A DNA stretch of 64,000 bases from a virus, in the IMG/VR virus record IMGVR_UViG_3300012665_000356, positions 14,232 through 78,231 of that record. One strand, 5' to 3'. Under the pieces are notes generated by a model that saw only the letters and a program-made list of their open reading frames with translations, searched no databases and was not told the DNA's origin. The position numbers were made by a program, and so were the translations under genes. Shown here piece after piece: positions 1-11,429 of this stretch (position 1 is the first letter of the stretch; every line of letters starts with the position of its first letter).

Positions 1-3000
1 ATCTCAACAGGTTATAAACTTATTGGCTACGATAGATTAGATGCTAGTTTTCAATACTACACATATTTTTCAAAATTTGATGATCCGGTAATTTCAGTTG
101 GCGGAGTAAGCGAATCTTATCTTGATTGGCTTCCTGAAAAATTTTATGCCAAAGGCACTATTATAAAATATAATGGTAAATTTTTTAGAACAGTTCAGAC
201 TCATACAAGCTCAGCAACTTTTGATTTAAAAGAGTTTATAGAAATACAAACATTACCGTTAGTGGGCGCAGTAACAGCAGTGCGTCGAACTGTGTTTGAT
301 AAACAACAGGTACTGTCTTTGCCTTATGGATCTGTATTTGAAAGTATTCAATCTGTAGTTGATTTCCTATTAGGATACCAAGAATATCTTAAAGATCAAG
401 GATTGGTGTTTGACGATTTCAATAATGAGCTATTGGTTTCAAATGATTGGGAAACATCAGCTAAAGAATTTATGTTCTGGACCACACACAACTGGACTCC
501 AGGCGCAATTATATCTTTAAGCCCTGCGGCGTTAAAAATAAAAATTACTTCTGTTGGCAGCGTTGCTGATAATCTATTAGATAATTTTTATGATTATTCA
601 ATTTATGGTAACGATGGAAGAAAACTAGGATCTGATGCGGTTGATGTTTATAGAACCTACAACGAATTATTAATTGCTCCCAGCGATACAACTGTGGGAA
701 TTTATTTTGCTAAAATAAATTTTGTATTAAAAGAACATGTGGTTGTGTTTAACGATAGAACAATTTTCAACGATGTTATCTATGACAAAGGTCCGGGGTA
801 TCGTCAAGAACGAATGAAGGTTTTAGGTTTTAGAACAGCAGACTGGGACGGTGATTACACTAGCCCTGGATTTATTTTTGACGTTGCTAATATTAAACCT
901 TGGGAAAAATTTACAGATTATCGTCTAGGCGATATTGTTCAGTATAAACAATTTAATTACGTTAGTAAGTTTTTCCAAAAAGGCATCGAAGAATTTGATA
1001 GAAATGGTTGGGAAAAATTAGATTCAACTCCTGAAACTGGGCTATTATCAAACTTTGATTATAAAATTAATCAAATTGAAGATTTCTTTGAAGTTGATTA
1101 TCAGGGCATCAACGGCGAACAGAAAGTAATGGCTCGCCATTCAATTGGATATCAGACAAGATCCTATCTACAAGATATTGCCGAAGACGAAGTTAGTCAG
1201 TTTAAACTGTATCAAGGATTCATTAGAGAAAAAGGTACAATTAATGCTATCACTAAAGTATTTGACAAAGTTAGCAAAATAGAATCTGACGCAGTAGATC
1301 TTAAAGAAGAATGGGCATTTTTATTAGGTAGTGTTGGCGGCGTTAATCAGTATACTGAAATTGAAGTTTCTTTAAAACAAAACAGTTTAAAATTAAATCC
1401 TCAGCCTATTTTATTAGATGACAGACGAGTTTCAAAATCTGAGTATCAAAATTATATTTTATTGAACTCTAACGATTACAAGGTAGGAAATCAAGACTTT
1501 AAATTCCCTACAGCGCAATACAGTGTAGGAAATTGGACAGCTGGGTATGTCTTTGAAGACGACGTTGATTATGTTGTTCAAAATATCACTGACATTTATC
1601 AGCAAGATATTACAACATATAAAAATGGTCAAACAATTTGGATAACATTTACAGATACTGGATGGAATGTATTACGTTATAGAATTAGCAATATTCTAGT
1701 ATTAGCAGTTGCAGTTGTTGACCCAACAACGGTTGTATTAGAAACAAACAGAGTCCACGGACTAACTGCTGGTACTATCATTGGATTAACAAATATAAAA
1801 AATCTTACTGGATTTTATCTAATCAAAGCAGTAGGACCAACAAAAATAATTGTAACAATTGCCGGATATAAAGAAGAGCCAGAAATTGATCAAAGTTCGT
1901 TCTGTAACGTGTCTTATTTTATTCCAGCAAGAATACCAAATTCAAATCCGTTGATTAGTGATGAGTATTCTGCGTTACCATTAGGCACAAAATTGTGGAT
2001 GGACGCAGATGCTGATAATAATTGGAATGTTATTGAAAGAAAAAAACAATATTCAGTTACTGAAATTTCTGAATACGGAGTTTCATTCCCAACTGGAACT
2101 GGATCGGCGGTAGAATATCTTGAAACAAGAAATCAAACAATTGTTTCAAATCCTGGAAGAACAGTTGATGTTGGCGATGCTTCAAGAGAAGCAGCGGTAA
2201 TTGTTTATGCTCAAGGTATCGACGGCCTAGTGCCTTTACAGATATTAAATCCTCAGAGTGGGTTAGAGGATACCTTTTTAGGAGCATACGGCGACGTATT
2301 AAAAACCAGCAAAGACGGTCGCTGGCTAATTGTAGCATCACCTAACGTATCAAATGTTCCTTCTAACTATAGAGAAACATACAGTCAAACAGCCAATTAT
2401 AATGAAGGCGACACAGTATTATATGCTGGCAAACTTTGGACAGCAATTCGTCCAGTATACAGCGATGGAAGCACGGCAGTATTTGATTCGTCGGATTGGA
2501 CTCCTGCTACAACACATAAAGCAAACCCTTTGGGTAAAAATATTTTTGATATTAATCAAGGATATAGACGCCAAGGCGCAATAGAAATTTATGAGTACGA
2601 TCAAGGTCAGTACGTATTTAGAGATACACTGATTAGTCCTCGCCCAGCATACGGCGAACAATTTGGTTCGTCTGTGGCAATTGGAAAACGACAAGGCATT
2701 GAAGGCACCAGCGGCGATATTGTGTTAACTGTAAACAGTATTGACACTGAAGGCGGAATCAGCGAAGTATCAGTAGCAGGCATCAGCGGTCTTGCTGATT
2801 CTGTGTTTACTAATATCAGCGGTATTGATGTAAGTACATCAGGTGAAAATGCTACATTTGACGTGAGCAGATTTGGCGGCAACTATACTGTGACTGTGCG
2901 TTCAGGCGGCCTACGATACGTTGTTGGCGATAGATTAAAAATTATAGGAAGTAGAATTGGCGGCACAACGCCATTTAACGATTTATTAATAACAGTAACC

Positions 3001-6000
3001 GCAGTGTCGCTTACTGGTGAAATTATTGGTTCAGAAACTTATACTAATATTTCTGGAATTAATTCGTTAATTCCGACTGTGGCAGCAGTGTTTACAGTTA
3101 GTAAAGTTAGAAATGTCTATTCAGTAACAGCAACAAACTTTGGTCTTGGGTACATACCTAGAAGTGTTGTTCGTTTTTCCTCAAGAATTTATGCTTGTAT
3201 CAAAGATACTGGTATTGACAGAGGTGTGTGGGAAGGTGATAGAACCTATTACCCAGGCGACATTGTCAAATATCCATCAACATCTAGCACATACTACAAG
3301 GTGCTTTCAACTATTCCTGAAGTGTATGACGAAGGTATTGGAGCAGCAATTAAAAAGGTATCTGGAATTGAGCCAACTGATCTAGCATACTATGAATTAG
3401 CCACAACAATATTCCCAACTAACACTGAGTACTGGGAACAAGTATCTGGAGGAATTTATCCAACAGTGGCAATTCCGTGGCAAGAAAAAAATTCTCGCGG
3501 TACATTAAACAAATACGTTGCTGGATCTACCATATACATATCTGGTGATCAAGTAGGCGGAACTACACCAGATAATGATATTACAATTAAAATTAATCAA
3601 GTTGACGAATTCCAAGCAATACTTAATTTTGCCATTGCTGGTACAGCATCGACAGGTATAATTTGGGACGGTGAAGCAGCAATAGGTGAAACTACCTACA
3701 ACGACCTAACAGGCGAAGATGTTAGCGATCCTGGGTCTGGCGCAATTTTTAACATTATTAGAACTAGTGGAAACTACACCGCAGTGGTAAATGTTAAAGG
3801 AACACGATATACAGTTGGCGACCAAATAAAAATTCTTGGAACATCTCTTGGTGGTGTTAAAGAAGCATATTATATGATAGTCGGTGCTCCGGGATCTAGA
3901 GATGATCAGGGTCGAGCATATCTTTATACCTACGAAGGGTTTACTTGGAAGCATTTAGAAGACAGCAGTTTCCTAGGCGTGTTTGACTTGACTGAAAATT
4001 ACACCGCTGGTGCTACTGTCTGGAATGATACTTCATACTGGAAAGCAGTTGTAAATCATGTTGCTGACGGATCAACAGTTCCAGCAGCACCTGCCTGGGA
4101 ACAAATTGTTGCGATTAACACAGGTATATTACCTAAATCGTCTGCCTTTGTAGATGATGGGTCGACAATGGAATCTGGAACTTTTGAAGAACCGGTAGAA
4201 TTTTTAAATATTGGTGATCGGTTCGGTTCGAGTATTGACGCAAATCAAGAAGGTACTGTGTTAGTTGTAAGTGCGCCTTCCGCAGATTCGTCAGAGTTTG
4301 ATTCCTATAAAGGCATATGGAAGTCGTATCAAAATTACTACGAAGGCGATACTGTTAAAAGAAATAATTCCTATTATACCTGTACAGTAGATACTACAAA
4401 CGATATTCCTGAAGTAACCCCCTTAGTTTGGGAACTTGAAACTAATGTTGATATTTCAAGAACTGGTTCGGTATTTGTATATTTCAAAGATGAAAACGAT
4501 GTTTATCATTTAATACAAACATTAGATTCAAATACTGTAACAGAATTATCAAACACTGAAACTGGAGATCGTTTTGGTCATAAGATTCTGTTAACTGTTG
4601 ACGGATTGACTTTATTTGTATCGGCACCAAATGTTGACATGTCTGGCGCTGATCAAGGTGCTGTCTATGTGTTTAGATTAAACAATAATGTATTTGAATT
4701 TGATCAAAAAATACAAAGTGTAGTAATTGACGCAGATGAAAAATTTGGATCTAATATTTCTATTTCGCCAAATAACTCTACATTAGCAATAGGTGCCGAA
4801 GGCGGCGAAACATTTAAATCTACAACATTTGATGCTGGCGACACTGCGTTTGACAGATTCGTCACAACATTTAAAGATCCGATTGGTAAGACTGGAAAGG
4901 TATATGTATACACACAATATCTTAACAAGTATATATTGTCTGAAATATTTGAAGACGGATTGACTAACAATGAAGATTTTGGTCGTTCAATATCAACATC
5001 TAATAATTCTATAATTATTGGATCACCGGCATATCTTTCAGATGATCCAGCATTTGATCAAATAAGAATTGGACGTATACAAAAATTTACTAAACAAGAA
5101 GGCATTGATTCTTGGACTGCAGTTCGTAAACAAACAGCAGGTGTTGATATTAGTAAGATTAAAAATCTATCATTTTACAATGGTGATACTAATATTAAAA
5201 TCGCAGATGTTGATGTAATTGATCCATTTAAAGAAAAGATATTATCTATAGTTGATCAAGATATTGACTACAAAACATCTTATGACCCGTCAATATATTC
5301 TGTAGGGGCAGATGATTCTAACACAGATGAAAAACAAGCATGGACAGAAAATAAAGTTGGCACAATATGGTGGAATACATCAACTGCTAAATGGGTATCT
5401 TATGAACAAGGCGATACTTCTTTTAGACTAGGAAATTGGTCTAGACTAGCATTTGGCAGTTCTATAGATGTATATGAATGGGTTGAATCAACTATGCTGC
5501 CGTCTAGATGGGCTGCTCTTTCAGGAACCTCTCAAGGTACTGCTGACGGTATCAGTGGCACACCGTTACATGCCAATGACCAATACTATTCTAAAAAAGA
5601 ATTTGTAGATTCTATAACAGGCAAGATAAACAAAACTTATTATTACTATTGGGTTAAAAACAAAACCAATTTACCAATCAACAGTAATAAAACAAATCCA
5701 GCCTCTTCGATTGCTAATTTTATAAAATCTCCATTGACATCTGGGATACCTTTTGCTGCGTTATTAGACGAAAATAAAATAGCATTATACAATGCTCCTT
5801 ATGTTGTTGAGTCTGATAGATTTTTAATGAACATACAGTTCTTTAATAATGATAAAAATCAAAATTTAATTCACAACGAATATCAGTTATTAGCAGAAGG
5901 CACTACAGATTTACCTAACAGTGAATTAGAGAAAAAATGGATCGATAGTTTAGTTGGTGAAGATATCTTAGGTAATGAAGTACCTGATAGAAAATTAACA

Positions 6001-9000
6001 GATAAATCAAGATATGGAATATTATCTAGACCTAGACAAACAATGTTTGTTGATCGAAACAAAGCTGTTAAAATTTCAGTAGATTATATAAACAGTGTGT
6101 TGTCTAAGTATCCTCTTGCTGATACTGTAAATTATAGCACTCTTAATGCTATAGATGCAGCTCCTGCTAAAGTTAAAAATCTTTATGATGCGTCTTACCC
6201 AACCTACGAAGAAATTTTATTAATTAATACTTTTAAAATTAAAACAGCGGTGTTAAGAGCTAATATAATCAACGGTCATATTAATACAGTTGACGTAATT
6301 GAACCAGGATATGGATACAAAGTAGCACCTCCTATTAAAATTTTAGGCACTGGCACTGGCGCAGAACTGTTGGCAGTTATTGATACTTTTGGTAAAGTCA
6401 CTTCGGTTACTGTTGTAAAACCTGGAAAAAAATATTCAACAGCAGCACTACAAGTAAGACCATTTTCAGTTCTTGTAGAATCTGATTCTACAGTAGATGG
6501 CTTCTGGAGTATTTGGAGTTTTAATGATAGGTCGTTAGAGTTCTACAGATCTGCTACTCAGTCTTATGACACAACTAAATTTTGGAGTAAAGCTGATTGG
6601 TGGGAAACAGGCTTTAACGAAAAATCTAGGATCAAATACAGTTTACCTGGAATATATGCTGAACCAGAAGTAGAACTCAACGTTGGTGAATTATTACGTT
6701 TGGAAGATTACGGCGCCGGCGGCTGGGCAGTTCTTGAACGTGTGGCAACTAATGCTACACTGTTAGACAAATATAAACTTGTTGGACGAGAGCTAGGCAC
6801 TATTAAAATATCTGATCGATTCTATAATAGGAACACTGATTCTTACGGGTACGATCTAACACAAAGTTTTGACAGTGACAAATTTGATACATCGTCAGCA
6901 CTGGAATTTAGAAATATATTAAAAGCTGTAAAAGAAGATATATTTGTTAATGATTTAAATTCTGAATGGAATAAATTATTTTTTGTTAACATACATTATG
7001 TGTTCTCTGAACAGTTATATGTGAACTGGGCATTTAAAACTAGTTTCATGAACGCTGTTCATAATGTTGGATATCTAGCAAAGAAACTCAATTATAAGAG
7101 TGATAATTTGGCAAGTTTCCAAGAATACATTAATGAAGTTAAACCTTATAGAACAAAAATTAGAAAATATACTAGCAAATATTTAAATTTAGAAAATGCT
7201 AGTTTAGTAACATCGGACTTTGATCTTCCACCGACATATAATGTTGATACAAATACTATTGATCCAGTAACACTTGGGTCAGCATTGATAGATCAATATC
7301 CTTGGAAAAATTGGTTTGACAATTACAAATATTCAATAACTGATATTACTATTGTTAATTCTGGTATTGATTATACTACTGCTCCGCAGGTAATATTTGA
7401 AGGCGGGTCAGGTACCGGAGCAAAAGCTAAGGCATTTATCTCTAACGGAAAAGTAACAGCAATTCAACTATTATCAGGCGGCTACGGTTATACAACAAGA
7501 CCAATAGTTAAATTAGTTGGCGGTGTAGGCAGCAATATTCAAAATGCTGCTACTGCTGTAGCATTTATTGGAGATTCAAAAGCTAGAACTTTTGATTTGC
7601 TAGTTAAGTTTGATCGCTATTCTAAAACAGGCAAATTTAAATCATTTAGTAAAAACGAAAAATTTATTGAATCAGAAACTTTTGCCAGCGGTAGATCATC
7701 TTACGATTTAAAGTATCCGTCTACAACTGATAAGTCAAAAATTTCAATAGTTGTTGGCAACGATAAACTATTAGGCAACGAATATACAATTACATTGTTT
7801 ACTCGAGAAATTGATGGATACACTCAGTTGCGTGGCAGATTAACTTTACCAGCACCTGCTAGTGGAGTTGTTATTGTTTCCTATGAAAAGAATGATCAAA
7901 TATTAGATGCCCTTAACAGAGTAGACAAATATTACAAACCTAAACAAGGCATGCTTGGATTTGAAAAATCTGAAGTACTTGATGAAAATTATAACGTTAC
8001 AGAAATTAAAAATGATTATTCTCAATTAATGACTGGTATTGATTACGGCGGAGTCATTGTTCAGGGAGCAACATTTGATGTTGGTGCTGGATGGGATGCC
8101 CTACCTTGGTTTACAGAAGGTTGGGATAGTTCTGAAACATTAGATTCTGATTTTTATATTGCTGCCGACGGAAGTACACATTCGTTTACTCTGCCAGAAA
8201 TACCTAAAGATGGTGTTGAGTTAAACATCTATCAACGTAAAAAATCAACAGGAAAAACTACAAGATTAGATCCTGATCAAATGCCTACTTTTATTGGCGA
8301 TGGGTCAACATCAGTTGTAACAATACCTGATGAAATATTAGTTCAAGACAACGATGTGTTTATTTTCCGCAAAACAACCAGCGATGGTAGTTTAACAATT
8401 GGCGGCCGTAACTTATTAGATGCTAATATCTCAGGCGGAAGTTTATCTGGAATGACAGCGTATTCTACTGCGTTAGGCACAACAGCAGCAGAAATTGTTA
8501 TCGATGGAGATAGATTTATCAGCCCTGATCAGGTACCTGCTCCTGAAGAAAATGTTCCTGGACAAGTTTTAGAATCGGTGAGTATTAAAGTATTCCACAC
8601 TGATAGAGAAGGGTCGCCTGCGGTATTGTCGCGTGTTTATGTTGCCAATGGTGTTACCTCGTTGTACGATATAGGTCAGTCAGTATTTGAACAAGCTTCT
8701 GTATCAGTATACGTTGATAAAACATTAAAGACATTAGGCACTGATTTTATTGTAGAAACATCTACAAATCAAATAAGATTTATTGGTTCAGCACCTATCG
8801 CAAATTCTATTATTGAAATCTTTTCAATATCTGTAGGTGGTGTTGAAATATTAGATGTTAAAGAATTTGTAGGCGATGGCGAAACTAGATACTTTTTAAC
8901 TGGTGCTGCTTTTGCTGAAACACAATCTATTTTTGCTAGCATTGACGGTATTTCAGTTGTTGCTGGATGGGTAAACAGTAATGGTAGAGTAAATTCTGTT

Positions 9001-10755
9001 AATCAAACACTAATAGAATTTGGAGCGCCACCTGCGCTAAACAGAAAAATTGTTGTTATAGTGCTATCGGCAGTTAGTCGATCACTGGTTAGATTTAATC
9101 AACAGTCGTTTGAAATAACCTCGTCGGTTCGCACATACCCAATAAATTCTTTTGTAACATTTGAACAATCTGCTACTAGTGGAGCAATTGTTGAACTAAA
9201 TGGAAATACATTAACGTCAGTTGACACAGTATATGTTGTATACTCTGGAAACCCAACAATATCAATTGGCTTAGATCCATTTAGAGACTTTGGATCTATT
9301 ATTGGATCTGAGATTAAAGTTTATATTAATGGTTCTCTAAAAACATTTGGACTCGACTACGAATTCAACGGAGACACTAACACTGTAATTATTGATACTG
9401 AAGTTACACAAATAACTCACGGCGATATAGTTGTTATTGAAGATTATTCTTCAGTGAACTTTAAAATTGAAAATAATAATATTATAATTGATCCGGCTGT
9501 TACATTAACCAACGGCGATAATTTAGTAATATTTTGGGCTGATCAATATCCGCAAACAGAGTTATTAAAAGATATCCATACAGGCGGTAAAGTAAATTAT
9601 CCTATTCAAAGACCGGTGTTGTCAATATCTTATGTTAGAGTTTATAAAAATGGAATTCGTTTAACACCTGATATCGATTACTATGTTTCAAACAATAACA
9701 CCGCAATTTATATAAAGCAAGAAACATTAGAAACAGACATTATTGAAGTATTAAGTTACTCTAACTCAATTTATAATCCGCCTGTGTCTTGGGAGATTTT
9801 TAAAGATGTTTTAAATCAACATCATTTTAATAGATATTCTATTAAAGAAATGATGTTGACAACTGATCTTAATTATTTTGATAACACAGTAATGTTAAAT
9901 GATGCCAGTACATTACCAATACCTACAGTTGATAGACCTGGTATAATTTCTATTAATGGTGAAAAAATACAATATTTTTCTAAAGACGGTAATACGTTAA
10001 CAAACATTAAACGAGGAATGTATGGAACCAGCATTCCAACAATACATATTATTGGATCAGTAATAGTTGATTCTAGCTACACTGAATATTTGCCATACAA
10101 AGAATCTCAAGAAAAAGAAGATTTTATCAGCAGCGGAACACCTGATGATTCCACAATTGGTTCTGCTCAAACAGTAGGCCCGTTGACATATGTGCCCTTA
10201 AAATCATCTAGAGTTTGGGAAAAAATAACTAAAGTTATTTCTGGATTAAAAGATCAAGACACAATAACAGTAACGTCTAATACTAGCCTAGCTGTTGGTC
10301 AATATGTTAAAGGAACAGGAATCTCGGCAGATACTAGAATTACTGCTATTTCTGGAACAACAATTACACTGAGCAATAACAATACTGCGTCAGTAAGCGG
10401 TTCTGGAATATTTTATACTATTCCTGAAGATCACGGCCCTTGCGACGAAATTGAAGTTTTTGTAGGCGGTCGTCGATTACGCAAAGATCCTATGTATGTT
10501 TACAACAGCAGTGTGGGTTCAGATAGCCCACAAGGTGACATTCTTATAGAAGCAGAATTTAGCGTAGATGGTACTACAGAGTACGTGAGATTAACCACAG
10601 TACCAGCAGCTGGACAAAGAGTTACAATAATTAAAAGAACAGGCAATACCTGGTATAATCTAGGTGCTGAGAGCGTTACAAACGGGTTAGGAATGAGCCA
10701 AAGTACCACACCAATTGTTAAGTTCCTACAACAAGCAACAACAAAATTGCCATAA
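1..10755 (+). CDS. Giant virion structural protein (baseplate wedge/hub-like) with FG-GAP propeller repeats and CBM5/12-like W-x-Y-GD-V-Y modules; 5' end lies outside the window
   Basis: Frame +1 is open from base 1 to TAA at 10753-10755, so the GTG at 262 is not the true start. Repeats FGSSV/FGSSID/FGHKI/FGSNI/FGRSI followed by V-[GS]AP. Motifs such as YNEGDTVLYAGKLW and YYEGDTVKRNNSYY. Lies upstream of the fibre genes. Confidence 0.7.
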   Translation: MSTGYKLIGYDRLDASFQYYTYFSKFDDPVISVGGVSESYLDWLPEKFYAKGTIIKYNGKFFRTVQTHTSSATFDLKEFIEIQTLPLVGAVTAVRRTVFDKQQVLSLPYGSVFESIQSVVDFLLGYQEYLKDQGLVFDDFNNELLVSNDWETSAKEFMFWTTHNWTPGAIISLSPAALKIKITSVGSVADNLLDNFYDYSIYGNDGRKLGSDAVDVYRTYNELLIAPSDTTVGIYFAKINFVLKEHVVVFNDRTIFNDVIYDKGPGYRQERMKVLGFRTADWDGDYTSPGFIFDVANIKPWEKFTDYRLGDIVQYKQFNYVSKFFQKGIEEFDRNGWEKLDSTPETGLLSNFDYKINQIEDFFEVDYQGINGEQKVMARHSIGYQTRSYLQDIAEDEVSQFKLYQGFIREKGTINAITKVFDKVSKIESDAVDLKEEWAFLLGSVGGVNQYTEIEVSLKQNSLKLNPQPILLDDRRVSKSEYQNYILLNSNDYKVGNQDFKFPTAQYSVGNWTAGYVFEDDVDYVVQNITDIYQQDITTYKNGQTIWITFTDTGWNVLRYRISNILVLAVAVVDPTTVVLETNRVHGLTAGTIIGLTNIKNLTGFYLIKAVGPTKIIVTIAGYKEEPEIDQSSFCNVSYFIPARIPNSNPLISDEYSALPLGTKLWMDADADNNWNVIERKKQYSVTEISEYGVSFPTGTGSAVEYLETRNQTIVSNPGRTVDVGDASREAAVIVYAQGIDGLVPLQILNPQSGLEDTFLGAYGDVLKTSKDGRWLIVASPNVSNVPSNYRETYSQTANYNEGDTVLYAGKLWTAIRPVYSDGSTAVFDSSDWTPATTHKANPLGKNIFDINQGYRRQGAIEIYEYDQGQYVFRDTLISPRPAYGEQFGSSVAIGKRQGIEGTSGDIVLTVNSIDTEGGISEVSVAGISGLADSVFTNISGIDVSTSGENATFDVSRFGGNYTVTVRSGGLRYVVGDRLKIIGSRIGGTTPFNDLLITVTAVSLTGEIIGSETYTNISGINSLIPTVAAVFTVSKVRNVYSVTATNFGLGYIPRSVVRFSSRIYACIKDTGIDRGVWEGDRTYYPGDIVKYPSTSSTYYKVLSTIPEVYDEGIGAAIKKVSGIEPTDLAYYELATTIFPTNTEYWEQVSGGIYPTVAIPWQEKNSRGTLNKYVAGSTIYISGDQVGGTTPDNDITIKINQVDEFQAILNFAIAGTASTGIIWDGEAAIGETTYNDLTGEDVSDPGSGAIFNIIRTSGNYTAVVNVKGTRYTVGDQIKILGTSLGGVKEAYYMIVGAPGSRDDQGRAYLYTYEGFTWKHLEDSSFLGVFDLTENYTAGATVWNDTSYWKAVVNHVADGSTVPAAPAWEQIVAINTGILPKSSAFVDDGSTMESGTFEEPVEFLNIGDRFGSSIDANQEGTVLVVSAPSADSSEFDSYKGIWKSYQNYYEGDTVKRNNSYYTCTVDTTNDIPEVTPLVWELETNVDISRTGSVFVYFKDENDVYHLIQTLDSNTVTELSNTETGDRFGHKILLTVDGLTLFVSAPNVDMSGADQGAVYVFRLNNNVFEFDQKIQSVVIDADEKFGSNISISPNNSTLAIGAEGGETFKSTTFDAGDTAFDRFVTTFKDPIGKTGKVYVYTQYLNKYILSEIFEDGLTNNEDFGRSISTSNNSIIIGSPAYLSDDPAFDQIRIGRIQKFTKQEGIDSWTAVRKQTAGVDISKIKNLSFYNGDTNIKIADVDVIDPFKEKILSIVDQDIDYKTSYDPSIYSVGADDSNTDEKQAWTENKVGTIWWNTSTAKWVSYEQGDTSFRLGNWSRLAFGSSIDVYEWVESTMLPSRWAALSGTSQGTADGISGTPLHANDQYYSKKEFVDSITGKINKTYYYYWVKNKTNLPINSNKTNPASSIANFIKSPLTSGIPFAALLDENKIALYNAPYVVESDRFLMNIQFFNNDKNQNLIHNEYQLLAEGTTDLPNSELEKKWIDSLVGEDILGNEVPDRKLTDKSRYGILSRPRQTMFVDRNKAVKISVDYINSVLSKYPLADTVNYSTLNAIDAAPAKVKNLYDASYPTYEEILLINTFKIKTAVLRANIINGHINTVDVIEPGYGYKVAPPIKILGTGTGAELLAVIDTFGKVTSVTVVKPGKKYSTAALQVRPFSVLVESDSTVDGFWSIWSFNDRSLEFYRSATQSYDTTKFWSKADWWETGFNEKSRIKYSLPGIYAEPEVELNVGELLRLEDYGAGGWAVLERVATNATLLDKYKLVGRELGTIKISDRFYNRNTDSYGYDLTQSFDSDKFDTSSALEFRNILKAVKEDIFVNDLNSEWNKLFFVNIHYVFSEQLYVNWAFKTSFMNAVHNVGYLAKKLNYKSDNLASFQEYINEVKPYRTKIRKYTSKYLNLENASLVTSDFDLPPTYNVDTNTIDPVTLGSALIDQYPWKNWFDNYKYSITDITIVNSGIDYTTAPQVIFEGGSGTGAKAKAFISNGKVTAIQLLSGGYGYTTRPIVKLVGGVGSNIQNAATAVAFIGDSKARTFDLLVKFDRYSKTGKFKSFSKNEKFIESETFASGRSSYDLKYPSTTDKSKISIVVGNDKLLGNEYTITLFTREIDGYTQLRGRLTLPAPASGVVIVSYEKNDQILDALNRVDKYYKPKQGMLGFEKSEVLDENYNVTEIKNDYSQLMTGIDYGGVIVQGATFDVGAGWDALPWFTEGWDSSETLDSDFYIAADGSTHSFTLPEIPKDGVELNIYQRKKSTGKTTRLDPDQMPTFIGDGSTSVVTIPDEILVQDNDVFIFRKTTSDGSLTIGGRNLLDANISGGSLSGMTAYSTALGTTAAEIVIDGDRFISPDQVPAPEENVPGQVLESVSIKVFHTDREGSPAVLSRVYVANGVTSLYDIGQSVFEQASVSVYVDKTLKTLGTDFIVETSTNQIRFIGSAPIANSIIEIFSISVGGVEILDVKEFVGDGETRYFLTGAAFAETQSIFASIDGISVVAGWVNSNGRVNSVNQTLIEFGAPPALNRKIVVIVLSAVSRSLVRFNQQSFEITSSVRTYPINSFVTFEQSATSGAIVELNGNTLTSVDTVYVVYSGNPTISIGLDPFRDFGSIIGSEIKVYINGSLKTFGLDYEFNGDTNTVIIDTEVTQITHGDIVVIEDYSSVNFKIENNNIIIDPAVTLTNGDNLVIFWADQYPQTELLKDIHTGGKVNYPIQRPVLSISYVRVYKNGIRLTPDIDYYVSNNNTAIYIKQETLETDIIEVLSYSNSIYNPPVSWEIFKDVLNQHHFNRYSIKEMMLTTDLNYFDNTVMLNDASTLPIPTVDRPGIISINGEKIQYFSKDGNTLTNIKRGMYGTSIPTIHIIGSVIVDSSYTEYLPYKESQEKEDFISSGTPDDSTIGSAQTVGPLTYVPLKSSRVWEKITKVISGLKDQDTITVTSNTSLAVGQYVKGTGISADTRITAISGTTITLSNNNTASVSGSGIFYTIPEDHGPCDEIEVFVGGRRLRKDPMYVYNSSVGSDSPQGDILIEAEFSVDGTTEYVRLTTVPAAGQRVTIIKRTGNTWYNLGAESVTNGLGMSQSTTPIVKFLQQATTKLP

Positions 10756-10761
10756 TAAATA
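10756..10761 (+). promoter_or_regulatory. Late promoter-like TAAATA (T4 gp55-type core)
   Basis: TAAATA 6 nt upstream of the ATG at 10768; the same hexamer recurs at many gene junctions. Confidence 0.6.
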
Positions 10762-10767
10762 CATCAT

Positions 10768-11427
10768 ATGAGACAAGAAGAGCCCAACACTATGCCAGAA
10801 AATAACAAAGTAAATTTACAGTCACCGCAGAAGCCCAACGAAACTTCTGGGTTTCACATTGAAGGTCATATTAAGATTTTTGATCCAGAAACCAAAGAAG
10901 TGTTTATTGACAAACGCAATGCTATTCACTATGAAAATATGAGTATAGCAATGGCGCAAAGTTTAAGCAATCAGGGTAGCGGATGGATATCAGAAATGGT
11001 ATTTGGCAACGGAGGCACAGTAGTAGATCCTACAGGACTTATTACATATCTAACACCGAATACAAATGGTATAAATTCTAGTTTATATAATCAAACCTAT
11101 ACTAAAGTAGTTGATCAAAACTCAGCTACTAATACTGATACTATTAGAAATAAAATGGAAGTTCGACATATAACAGGGGCAACATATTCGGATATTGTGG
11201 TATCTTGTTTACTTGATTATGGTGAGCCAAGCGGCCAAGAAGCATTTGACAATTCTGTAGATATGAACGGAGATTATGTATTTGACGAGTTAGGTCTTAA
11301 ATCTGCGGTCACAGATAAGTTGTTAACACATGTGGTGTTTCATCCAGTACAAAAATCTTTGAATAGATTAATACAGATTGATTACACTATTAGAATACAA
11401 AGCCTAACAGGCTTTACTGAGGTATAA
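10768..11427 (+). CDS. Putative baseplate/tail structural protein
   Basis: 219-aa ORF between the giant protein and the fibre genes; beta-rich, FDELGL...FHPVQKS motif. Confidence 0.55.
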   Translation: MRQEEPNTMPENNKVNLQSPQKPNETSGFHIEGHIKIFDPETKEVFIDKRNAIHYENMSIAMAQSLSNQGSGWISEMVFGNGGTVVDPTGLITYLTPNTNGINSSLYNQTYTKVVDQNSATNTDTIRNKMEVRHITGATYSDIVVSCLLDYGEPSGQEAFDNSVDMNGDYVFDELGLKSAVTDKLLTHVVFHPVQKSLNRLIQIDYTIRIQSLTGFTEV

Positions 11428-11429
11428 AA

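Noticed and set aside
262-264. GTG start of the 3497-aa ORF
   Set aside because: The frame is open back to base 1, so the gene starts outside the window.
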